From positions 2,810,797 to 2,874,796 of the forward strand of contig OZ251535.1 of the NCBI GenBank assembly GCA_965243165.1: a DNA stretch of 64,000 bases, in the 5' to 3' direction. Below the pieces are notes generated by a model. That model had not been told where the DNA came from and made no database searches. It saw only the letters and a list, made by a program, of their open reading frames with translations. How positions within the stretch are numbered: position 1 is the stretch's first letter; the number at the start of each line of letters is the position of its first letter. This document shows, one piece after another, positions 21,059-29,073 of this stretch. The position numbers and the translations under genes are program-made. This DNA comes from Candidatus Spongiisociaceae bacterium (lineage in GTDB: Bacteria; Actinomycetota; Acidimicrobiia; Spongiisociales; Spongiisociaceae).

Positions 21059-22498
21059 GGCTCTTCGGAAATGAGGGGGGAGTAGAGGACGGGCAGGTCC
21101 TCTGACGGACGGTGGGAATCCACGGGATCGGGGGTGGGGTCCTCCATAATCGGACGCTTGAAAGGCATCCCCGAGTGAGGAGGACCCCTGTGGAACGCAA
21201 TCCTACGCGCATGTGCGAGGTGTTGGTCGGATTAGAAGAAGTCGACGTCGCGGGGGTGGGTGAACCCCTCGGCGGGGGCGTCGAGGTCGAGGTCCGCTGC
21301 CGGGCGCCCCGCCCGCGGTGCCCCGGCTGCGGAGGCCCTCTGTGGTCGAAAGGCACCCGAGTGGTGGAGCTGGTTGATCTTCCCTCGTTCGGGCGGCCCG
21401 CCCGTCTGAGCTGGCGGAAACACCGCTGGGAGTGCCCCAACCCGGAGTGCGGGGTGGGGTCGTTCACTGAACAGAACCCCGAGATCGCCCCTGAGCGGGC
21501 GTTGCTGACCACCCGGGCGGCTCGGTGGGCGACCAAGCAAGTCGGCCAGGCCGGCCGCGCTGTTGAGGAAGTGGCCAGAGAGTTGGGTTGTGACTGGCAT
21601 ACCGTCAACAAGGAGGTAACCCGTTGGGGCGCTGCTTTGTTGGAAGCCGACCATGATCGGGTAGGCCGGGTGGAGGCTCTGGGCCTGGACGAGACCCTGT
21701 TCCTGCGGCGGGGCCGCCGTCTGGGAAGGGTCTGGGCGACTTCGGTGGTAGACGTCGGAGGAGGGCAGCTGCTAGACGTTGTCCCAGGCAGAGACGCCCG
21801 TTCAGCCGCGGGGTGGCTGCAGGAACAACCAAAAGAATGGTTGGAACAGATCCGCTGGGCGGTGTTGGACCTCTCCAGCCCGTATCGGGCGGCCTACAAC
21901 CAAGTGCTGCCCCACGCCCGCCAAATCGCCGATCCGTTCCATGTGGTGCGGTTGGCCAACGACCGCCTCGACCAGGTGCGCCGCCGCACCCAACAGGAAA
22001 CCCTCGGACACCGGGGACGGAGAGGAGATCCCTTGTATCAGATCCGGCGGCTGCTCACCCTTGCTTCGGAACGGCTCGACACCAGCGGCGAAGCCCGCCT
22101 GCGGGGCCTCCTCGACGCCGGAGACCCCCACGGCGAAGTCCGGACGGCCTGGCACGCCAAGGAAACAGTCCGCAGTGTCTACGACATCGACGAACCCGAC
22201 GTTGCCGACCGGTACTGCCGGCAGCTCGCTTCCGACCTTCAGCACGAGTCCTGCCCGCCGGAGGTCAACCAGCTCGGCCGGACCCTCGCCCGCTGGCATA
22301 CCCAGATCACCAACTGGCATCACGCCCGTTACACCAACGCAGCCACCGAAGCCGTCAACAATCTCATCAAACGAATCAAACGCGTCGGGTTCGGGTTCCG
22401 GAACTTCGCCAACTACCGGATCCGGGCTCTGCTCTACGCCGGGAAGCCCAACTGGAAGCTGCTCCCCACCCTCACTCCCCCCTGAAATCCGAAGAGCC
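21059..22498 (+). mobile_element. Complete ISL3-family insertion sequence
   Basis: Terminal IRs GGCTCTTCGGA...AGGGGGGAGT; 8-bp target duplication CCTTTAAC at 21051-21058 and 22499-22506. Confidence 0.97.
21190..22485 (+). CDS. ISL3 family transposase
   Basis: CPGCG/CPNPEC zinc finger, LGLDET, DPFHVV, TNAATEAVNNLIKRIKRVGFGFRNF.NYR. Confidence 0.95.
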   Translation: MERNPTRMCEVLVGLEEVDVAGVGEPLGGGVEVEVRCRAPRPRCPGCGGPLWSKGTRVVELVDLPSFGRPARLSWRKHRWECPNPECGVGSFTEQNPEIAPERALLTTRAARWATKQVGQAGRAVEEVARELGCDWHTVNKEVTRWGAALLEADHDRVGRVEALGLDETLFLRRGRRLGRVWATSVVDVGGGQLLDVVPGRDARSAAGWLQEQPKEWLEQIRWAVLDLSSPYRAAYNQVLPHARQIADPFHVVRLANDRLDQVRRRTQQETLGHRGRRGDPLYQIRRLLTLASERLDTSGEARLRGLLDAGDPHGEVRTAWHAKETVRSVYDIDEPDVADRYCRQLASDLQHESCPPEVNQLGRTLARWHTQITNWHHARYTNAATEAVNNLIKRIKRVGFGFRNFANYRIRALLYAGKPNWKLLPTLTPP

Positions 22499-23496
22499 CC
22501 TTTAACAGCTCAACCTGCAGGCGAATTTCCCGATCTATATCTAAGCATTTTTCTGCCGGAAGCTCGTTGACCCTGATCGCCCTGCCTGTGATAAACTGGG
22601 TTATCAGCGCGGAAGTGGCTTCATTGATGATAGTACGTTGTCATCGGCTTCCGTCGTAAGGACCATCAAGAAGAGCCAACGGTCCTAGGACAGATTGCAA
22701 CATCCCGCTTATCTCTTCCCTCCCTAGAAATTGGAACTGTTCTTTCTGCACCACTATTTCGATAAATCTCTCATGCTCAGCCCCGCTCATCAAAAGATGA
22801 ATCGGAACCAAACCAACGCGGTAGAAATCTTCCAAGTCATGCACTGCGTATGTGACATCGTCAGCCCAATCCATCAGCTCTGCTTCCAAAGTGAGTTTGT
22901 CTTCTGTGCTGCCCCGCCTTACCCATTCAAACCGATCTTCATCAACACCATAGACACCCCATTTGTCATTTTTGTATCAGATTTGGATCGTGTCCACGGG
23001 TATTTGAGGATGGCGTTAAGAGTTGCCCTGGTCAAATTCAGACCAGCATCATCGCCGCTGGCAGGATCATTGTCCGTGTGAGACGCCAGTCGGGTAATGA
23101 TCCGGAAAGACTGGGCATTGCCTTCGAAGCCCTCCCCTTGTTGTTCGTCAACAGCTTGGCATATCACTTTCTCTCCGTCGTGTCCGAACGGAGGATGCCC
23201 TAGATCGTGGGCAAGGCCCGCCGTCTCTACGACATCAGGATCAAGACCATCCTGGATATCAACCCGTTCAGGAGATTCCTCCAGCAGACGCTCGGCGAGG
23301 CGGCGGCCCACCTGCGCGACCTTCAGAGAGTGGGTCAGCCGATTGTGGAAGTAGTCTCCCTCGCTGGCCGATGCCACCTGAGTAACCCCGCTGAGACGCC
23401 GGAACTCCGGAGCGTAGAGAACCCTGTCTCTGTCGCGTTGAAACGGGTGGCGAAGATCTTCATTGACCTGATCTCGGAATCGCTCTGCCCTGCCGT

Positions 23497-23724
23497 TCAC
23501 TGAGCAACGAGGCGGATGCCGTCGAGGGCGTACCGCAATTTGCCTGCCCGAACCAGACGAGAGACAGCCATGCCGATGTCCAGGTCCGTGAGACCAGACC
23601 CGCTCATGTGGTCGACCACCTCCAGCACATGAACGAACGGCCGATTTCCAGCATCGCTGCGCTTCTCGATGACCTCCAGCACCTTCTTCATCCGCACACG
23701 GCTGGGCGTCTGCGTGTCCACCAT
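23497..23724 (-). CDS. Small 75-aa protein, possible winged-helix, translationally coupled to dgt
   Basis: Strong RBS AAAGGAGG; stop overlaps the dgt GTG (GTGA); AVSRLVRAGKL resembles a wHTH. Confidence 0.6.
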   Translation of the reverse strand: MVDTQTPSRVRMKKVLEVIEKRSDAGNRPFVHVLEVVDHMSGSGLTDLDIGMAVSRLVRAGKLRYALDGIRLVAQ

Positions 23725-23816
23725 CGTGCACCTCCTTTCAATGCACCAACCATATCAAGGAAGTACGACACGCCGAGGCAATCCTGGCAGTTCGCGCGCC
23801 GATGGGGCGAGGCAGG

Positions 23817-25079
23817 TCAGGACTGCCAGAGGGCCTCGATGGGGCGGACGCTGATCCGGTCCCCGGCGGGCAGGGCGCGGGATCCCGTGTAGAGGACGAT
23901 TCCCTGGGCGAACCGGTTCCCCAGCAGATCGCGCAGCTTGGCCAGGTTCGACCAATCCCTGGGATGCACGGCGCCGGCCGCCTTTACTTCGACCGCTACT
24001 GCCCGGCCGTCCGGCAGCTCGATGATCAGATCGACCTCCAAGCCGTTGCGGTCGCGGTAGTGGAACAGACCGACCGACCCCAGGGACGGGTCCAGCCAGT
24101 CCGCCTGCTTCATGATCTCGTTGACCGCGAACGTCTCCATCAACGGACCCCGCCCGGGGTGGCCGGGCCGGGAGAGAGCGTCCGGCGGCGCTTTCATCAG
24201 AGCGGCGGCCAAGCCGGTGTCGGTCACGTATATCTTCGGACGCCGCTTGGCGCGGGAGGTGAGGTTGCGCGACCAGGGCTGCAGCTCGTGCACCAGATGA
24301 ACCATCTGCAGATGCGCCAGATAATCCGCAGTGGTCAGGACGCTGCCCAACCCGACATCGCCGTGAACGTTGGAAACCACCAGCTCGCCGGCGGTGCGGG
24401 CCGCCAAGGCCTGAAGCAGCCGGGGCAGCTGATCGGCGCGGCGCGCCCCGGTCAGGGCAACGACATCCCGCAGTGTCACCGTATTCACATAAGAACCGAA
24501 CCACGCGTTGCGGGCGCCCGGCGGGAGGCCCTGCACCTCTGGGAAACCGCCCGCGCAGATCCGATGCAGGCAACTGCCGAGGGACAGATCGGAATCCCGC
24601 CCCGGCGGCGGAGAATCTGCATCCCGCGCCAGGCCCTCCAGAAAAGCTTCGCGGCGGCCCTCTATCTCGCCCTGCGAAAAAGGGAGCAGCCGGAAGAGCA
24701 CCGCCCGGCCGGCCAGTGATTCGCTGATCGTGGGAACGGTCAGAAAGTCCGCGGAGCCGATGAGGAGAAACTGCCCGGGCGTCCGGCTGCGGTCGACCGC
24801 CTGCTTGACCGCCCGCACCAGAGGCTCCCCCGCCCGCTGGACTTCATCGATGACCGCAGGCGCCGAAAGGCTCTGCAGCAGGCCCATCGGGTCCTCGACC
24901 GCAGCCGAGCGCAACTGATGGTCGTCCAGCGAAACATACGACCCTGCACCCGCTGCCTGGATAGCGGCGGTGGTTTTGCCCGCCTGCCTGGGCCCATGCA
25001 GGATCACCACCCGGAAAGACCGCAGCGCCTCCCGCAGCACCGGGACGATACGGCGTTCTACCAGGGGCTTTTCTCCCAA
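23817..25079 (-). CDS. AAA ATPase with DUF4143 domain
   Basis: GPRQAGKTT, IDEVQR, ESLAGR, PKIYVTDTGL, HYRDRNGLEVDLI...AVEVK. Confidence 0.9.
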   Translation of the reverse strand: MGEKPLVERRIVPVLREALRSFRVVILHGPRQAGKTTAAIQAAGAGSYVSLDDHQLRSAAVEDPMGLLQSLSAPAVIDEVQRAGEPLVRAVKQAVDRSRTPGQFLLIGSADFLTVPTISESLAGRAVLFRLLPFSQGEIEGRREAFLEGLARDADSPPPGRDSDLSLGSCLHRICAGGFPEVQGLPPGARNAWFGSYVNTVTLRDVVALTGARRADQLPRLLQALAARTAGELVVSNVHGDVGLGSVLTTADYLAHLQMVHLVHELQPWSRNLTSRAKRRPKIYVTDTGLAAALMKAPPDALSRPGHPGRGPLMETFAVNEIMKQADWLDPSLGSVGLFHYRDRNGLEVDLIIELPDGRAVAVEVKAAGAVHPRDWSNLAKLRDLLGNRFAQGIVLYTGSRALPAGDRISVRPIEALWQS

Positions 25080-25247
25080 TGGCGCCTCCTCCTTCTACGC
25101 TTGAATCCAAGCTGCTGACATTTTCACCGTAAGTCTACTATATTTTTCGCTTAGACTCTAATGATGGTTTCGCTGCTCAACATTGGACTGCCCCCGCCTG
25201 CCCCGTCAGAATTGCGGCCCCGGCGCGGCGGCGGTTACAATGGCGGT

Positions 25248-25319
25248 ATGACACGTCCAGCGTTGTTCGCCTATTACGTCTTTACCGGGCCCGATGCCCG
25301 GGCCGGGCGCGGCGTGTAA
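25248..25319 (+). CDS. Phe/Tyr-rich leader peptide MTRPALFAYYVFTGPDARAGRGV
   Basis: ATG just downstream of -10 box TACAAT (25236-25241); F-A-Y-Y-V-F cluster; precedes a terminator and an aromatic-pathway gene. Confidence 0.8.
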   Translation: MTRPALFAYYVFTGPDARAGRGV

Positions 25320-25344
25320 CGGACTCTCGTCGAAAAAACCCAGG

Positions 25345-25374
25345 CCCGGAGCGCCCGCTCCGGGTTTTTCTTTT
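25345..25374 (+). terminator. Attenuator terminator hairpin
   Basis: CCCGGAGC-GCCC-GCTCCGGG followed by TTTTTCTTTT; CCGGGCC in the leader can pair with GGCCCGG as antiterminator. Confidence 0.85.
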
Positions 25375-25406
25375 ACCGGAGGGGCGGGGCCGCCAGGACA
25401 AGGAGC

Positions 25407-26483
25407 ATGGAGATGGAACGAAAAGCGGTGCGCAACGGCTCGGAGGCAAACACCCTGGTGGAGGTGGGCGCCGCCCGGTTCGGACGCGACCCCTTCCCGG
25501 CCATCGCCGGACCCAGGGCGGTCGAGTCGGAAGAGCAGATCATGGAGGTGGCGGAGGCGGTGGCCGAGGCGGGCGCCGCCATGCTGCGGGGCGGGGTGTT
25601 CGAGTCGAGCAGCTCCCCTTACGCCTTCTCCGGCCTGGGAGAACCGGGCCTGGAACTCCTGCAGCAGGCCGGGCGGGAGGTCGGCCTGCCTACCCTGACC
25701 AAGGCGCTCGAACCCAAAGACGTGGACATGGTGGCCGGCCGCGTCGACATGATCCATGTGGACCCGGGTTCGATGCAGAACTTCGAGCTGCTGCGGGTGA
25801 TAGGGAGCACCGGCAAACCGGTGCTGCTGGAGCGGGGGGGGTCGGCCACCATCGACGAATGGCTGTGGGCCGCCGAGTACATCTTCGCCGAGGGCAACGA
25901 CCAGATCGTCCTGTGCGAGGGCGGCATCCGCACCTTCGCCGCTCCGGCCGCCCTCGACCTCGGCGCCATCCCGGTCCTCAAGGAGAAGAGCCACCTCCCG
26001 GTGATCGCGGCCCCTTCGGGGGCGGCCGGCTCCGCCGCCCGTATCCAGCCGCTGGCGCTGGCCGCCCAAGGGGTCGGCGCCGACGGCATCATGATCGAGG
26101 TGCACCCCGACCCCGGAACGGCCCGCACCAGCGTGTCGCATCAGCTCACCATCCCCGATTTCGCCCGGTTGATGGATGCGCTCGGAGTCAACCGAATCCG
26201 CATGAAGATCGACCTCGTCAACCGCGACCTGGTGCGCCTGCTGGCCAACCGCCGCCGGATGGTCATGGAGGTGGGCCGGATCAAGGCGGAACGGGGGATA
26301 CCGATCCACGTTCCCGAAAGGGAGGAGGAGCTGCTGGCCGTGGTGCGGGAAGAGGCGGCCCTGGCCGGCCTGGACCCCGAACAGGTGGAAAGGGTGTTCG
26401 TACTGATCCTCGAGCATTCCCGTGAAGCCCAACGCCGCAGCATCCAGGCAGGCGTCTGGACCAAGGATCACAACCAGCCCTGA
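25407..26483 (+). CDS. DAHP-synthase-like (type I-beta, degenerate active site) domain fused to C-terminal AroQ chorismate mutase
   Basis: Scaffold motifs IAGP, RGG, MQNFELL, EWLWAAEY, EVHPDP; CM domain RMKID...LLANR...VGRIK...ERE...SREAQ. Confidence 0.85.
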   Translation: MEMERKAVRNGSEANTLVEVGAARFGRDPFPAIAGPRAVESEEQIMEVAEAVAEAGAAMLRGGVFESSSSPYAFSGLGEPGLELLQQAGREVGLPTLTKALEPKDVDMVAGRVDMIHVDPGSMQNFELLRVIGSTGKPVLLERGGSATIDEWLWAAEYIFAEGNDQIVLCEGGIRTFAAPAALDLGAIPVLKEKSHLPVIAAPSGAAGSAARIQPLALAAQGVGADGIMIEVHPDPGTARTSVSHQLTIPDFARLMDALGVNRIRMKIDLVNRDLVRLLANRRRMVMEVGRIKAERGIPIHVPEREEELLAVVREEAALAGLDPEQVERVFVLILEHSREAQRRSIQAGVWTKDHNQP

Positions 26484-26538
26484 TCCTTCATGTCCACGCG
26501 GGAGGGCCGCCGCCGCCCCGCCGGTTCATCGACCTGTT

Positions 26539-27516
26539 TCAGACGGTGGCTTGCCGGGAGACCACGAGGATGAACATCACGAAGGAGGCCAGGAGGACCA
26601 GGCCTTGGATCCGGCCGAGGCGGGGGCGGGCAACGGCGAGCACCCCCACCAGGAGGCCTATCACCATCATCATCACGTGTTCCCAAATCCGGCGCTCGCC
26701 TATCGCCCCGGCCCCCAGCACCCCGGCCGCCCCCACCACCAAGAAGGAGTTGAACATGTTGGAGCCCAACAGGTTGCCGATCACGAGCTCGTTGTTCTTG
26801 CGGCGGGCGGCCGCTCCGGCCGTTGCCAGCTCCGGCAGGCTGGTGCCCAAGGCGAAGATGGTGGCGCCCACGAACCCGCCGGCCAGGCCGTAGACCTCGG
26901 CGACCCGGCCTCCGCCGTCCACCATCAACCAGGCGCCGAACACGATGCCCACCAGCGACATGGCCACCCTGAGCATCTCCCGGCCCGCCCGGTGGTCCGC
27001 CTCGCCGGGGCCGTCCTCCAAGTCGGCGCCGGACGCCCCCGCCCCGGCCAGTCCGGCGGCCATGTCCCGCCGGGACCACACCATCAGCAGCACCGCCGCC
27101 GCCGCCATCCCCCCCACCAGCGCCAGCCCTTCCACCCGGGTGAGTGCGTCGTCCCAGGCCGCCGCGAACACCGCCGCCATGGCGGTGAGGGTGAGCAGCC
27201 CCTCCCGGCGGAGGATGCGCATCTGGCCGACCACCGGGGAGATCACCGCGCTCACCCCCAGCACCAGCGACAGGTTGGCGGCGTTGGACCCCACCACGTT
27301 CCCGATCGACGAGGCCAGCTCCCCCCGGGCGGCGGCCAAGGCGCTGACCACCAGCTCAGGGGCGGAGGTGCCGAAACCGATCACCAGCGCCCCCACCAGC
27401 ACCGGCGACACCCCCCAGATGCGGGCCAGCCGGGCGGCCGCCAAGACGAACGGATCGGCCGCAATCCACAGCAGGGCGATCCCCGCCGCGATCAGGACGA
27501 TCCCCAACCAGAGCAT
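26539..27516 (-). CDS. Calcium/sodium antiporter (CaCA, YrbG-like)
   Basis: GTSAPE..GNVVGSN and GTSLPE..GNLLGSN alpha repeats. Confidence 0.92.
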   Translation of the reverse strand: MLWLGIVLIAAGIALLWIAADPFVLAAARLARIWGVSPVLVGALVIGFGTSAPELVVSALAAARGELASSIGNVVGSNAANLSLVLGVSAVISPVVGQMRILRREGLLTLTAMAAVFAAAWDDALTRVEGLALVGGMAAAAVLLMVWSRRDMAAGLAGAGASGADLEDGPGEADHRAGREMLRVAMSLVGIVFGAWLMVDGGGRVAEVYGLAGGFVGATIFALGTSLPELATAGAAARRKNNELVIGNLLGSNMFNSFLVVGAAGVLGAGAIGERRIWEHVMMMVIGLLVGVLAVARPRLGRIQGLVLLASFVMFILVVSRQATV

Positions 27517-27566
27517 CGAATCAGGTTACCCCCGGCGCTCCGAACAAACTCACGCCGGGGGTGCGT

Positions 27567-28343
27567 TCAGGCGTTCTTCTCGTCCCGCCAGGCGATCCAG
27601 TCCTCGAGTCCGGGCATGCCGAAGTCGGGGCCCTCCACCCCCGACAACGTGATCTGGGCGGCGCCGTCCCTGAGCAGCCGGTCGGCCTTGTCCAAGTCGC
27701 CCAGACCGACGCCGACCGCCCGCTCGATCTCCGACGGATCCCGCCCGGCCGCCCGGCACCAATCGTCCAGAATGCGGTTCTTGCGCACCAGGGCGTCGAC
27801 GCTGAAGCTGTGCCAGATGTCGGCGTAACGGCCGGCGATCCGCATGGTGTGCTTCTCGCCCTGCCCTCCGATGAGGACGGGTATGCGGCGCACGGGGGGC
27901 GGGTTGAGCCGCTTCAGCCGCCGCTCGATCTTGTAGAGGCCGGTGTCGAGATCCCGCAGGCGCCCCCCGAAAGTCCCGAACGGGTATTCGTACTCGGAGT
28001 AGTCCTTCTCGGCCCATCCACCCCCCAACCCCAGGATCAGGCGCCCCTCGCTGATGTGGTCCACGGTCCGCGCCATGTCGGCCAGGAGATGCGGATTGCG
28101 GTAGGAGCAACAGGTAACCAGCGCCCCGATCTCCACCCGCTCGGTCACCTCCGCCCACGAGGCCAGCATCGTCCAGCATTCGAAGTGTTTCCCGTCCGAA
28201 TCGCCCCACAGCGGATAGAAGTGGTCCCAGTTGTAGATGATGTCCACCCCTTTTTCTTCAGCGCGGACAGCGGCGGCGCGTATGCCCCTGTAATCGCCGT
28301 GTTGGGGGGCGATCTGGACGGCGATTCGGACCGGGCGGTTCAT
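27567..28343 (-). CDS. LLM-class F420-dependent oxidoreductase
   Basis: VQIAPQH, NWDHFYPL, YRNPHLLADMARTVDHIS.GRLILGLG.GW. Confidence 0.9.
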   Translation of the reverse strand: MNRPVRIAVQIAPQHGDYRGIRAAAVRAEEKGVDIIYNWDHFYPLWGDSDGKHFECWTMLASWAEVTERVEIGALVTCCSYRNPHLLADMARTVDHISEGRLILGLGGGWAEKDYSEYEYPFGTFGGRLRDLDTGLYKIERRLKRLNPPPVRRIPVLIGGQGEKHTMRIAGRYADIWHSFSVDALVRKNRILDDWCRAAGRDPSEIERAVGVGLGDLDKADRLLRDGAAQITLSGVEGPDFGMPGLEDWIAWRDEKNA

Positions 28344-28410
28344 TGCATCTCCTCTCGAGCTTCGGTTTCTCTCGGCGGTTTCAAGATACCCCAAAGAGCC
28401 GCCCGCGGGT

Positions 28411-29052
28411 TCAGCCGGGCAGAGGGGGAACTCCGTCCGGACGTTCGCCGAACTGGGGGGATTCGGTGCGGGTCCGCTTCAGCTCCCAGAAACCGGGCGT
28501 CTGGGTTGCGTCCACCACCATGTCCCAGAGCCGGAGAGACATCCCGCCGGTCGGGACCCGGGTGATCACCGGCCCGAAGATGCCCGCCCGCCCGCCGCGC
28601 CCGTCCGGCATGGCGATGATCGGCGTCCCCACGTTCTCCCCCACCAGCTCCAGCCCGGCGTCCATCCGCCTGCGGATCTCCCCGTCCCAGGAGTCGTCGC
28701 CGAACGCCCGGGCATGGGCGGGGTCGATCCCGGCGGCGGACAGGGCCTCCCCGACGTCGAAGCCGTGCAGGCGCTCATCGTGGTGGATCAGAGAGCCGAA
28801 CCCCCAGTAGGCGCGGAAGACGCCTTCGTTGCCCGCCTCGGTCCGAACCGACTCCATCACCCGCAGGAGGCCGTGGGTGCGGACGGAGTTCTCGTACCGG
28901 CCTCCGCCCGGTTGAGGCTGGTTCTTGAACAGGAGGCTGATCGGCTCCCACTCGATCTGCAGGCCCTTCACCGGCGCTACTTCGTCGACGACCCACCGGG
29001 CCGTCACCCAGCACCACGGTCAGACGGGGTCGACCCAGAAAGAAATCTCCAT
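28411..29052 (-). CDS. Rv2466c/DsbA-like thioredoxin-fold selenoprotein (UPWC motif)
   Basis: RBS GGAGGAAGGAG, MEISFWVDPV-TGA-PWCWVTARW in frame with ORF 28411..29007; VGTPII, FGPVI, PGFWELKRTR; adjacent to pepN. Confidence 0.85.
28987..29005 (-). promoter_or_regulatory. Putative bacterial SECIS hairpin
   Basis: mRNA GACGGCCC-GGU-GGGUCGUC begins 14 nt after the UGA; G-led apical loop about 22 nt from the UGA. Confidence 0.65.
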
Positions 29053-29073
29053 AGACGCTCCTTCCTCCACCCC

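Larger units (their letters stand above)
20758..23500 (-). pseudogene. dgt: dGTP triphosphohydrolase (HD superfamily), disrupted
   Basis: FQRDRDRVLY, TQV, HNRLTHSLKV, HDLGHPPFGH, EGNAQ, MDWADD.TYAVHDLED; -1 frameshift at 22969-22973, TGA at 22643-22641, ISL3 inserted at 21059-22498. Confidence 0.9.

Noticed and set aside
22641-22643. TGA in dgt as selenocysteine
   Set aside because: Not a redox motif, and the gene carries two other lesions; a nonsense mutation is simpler.
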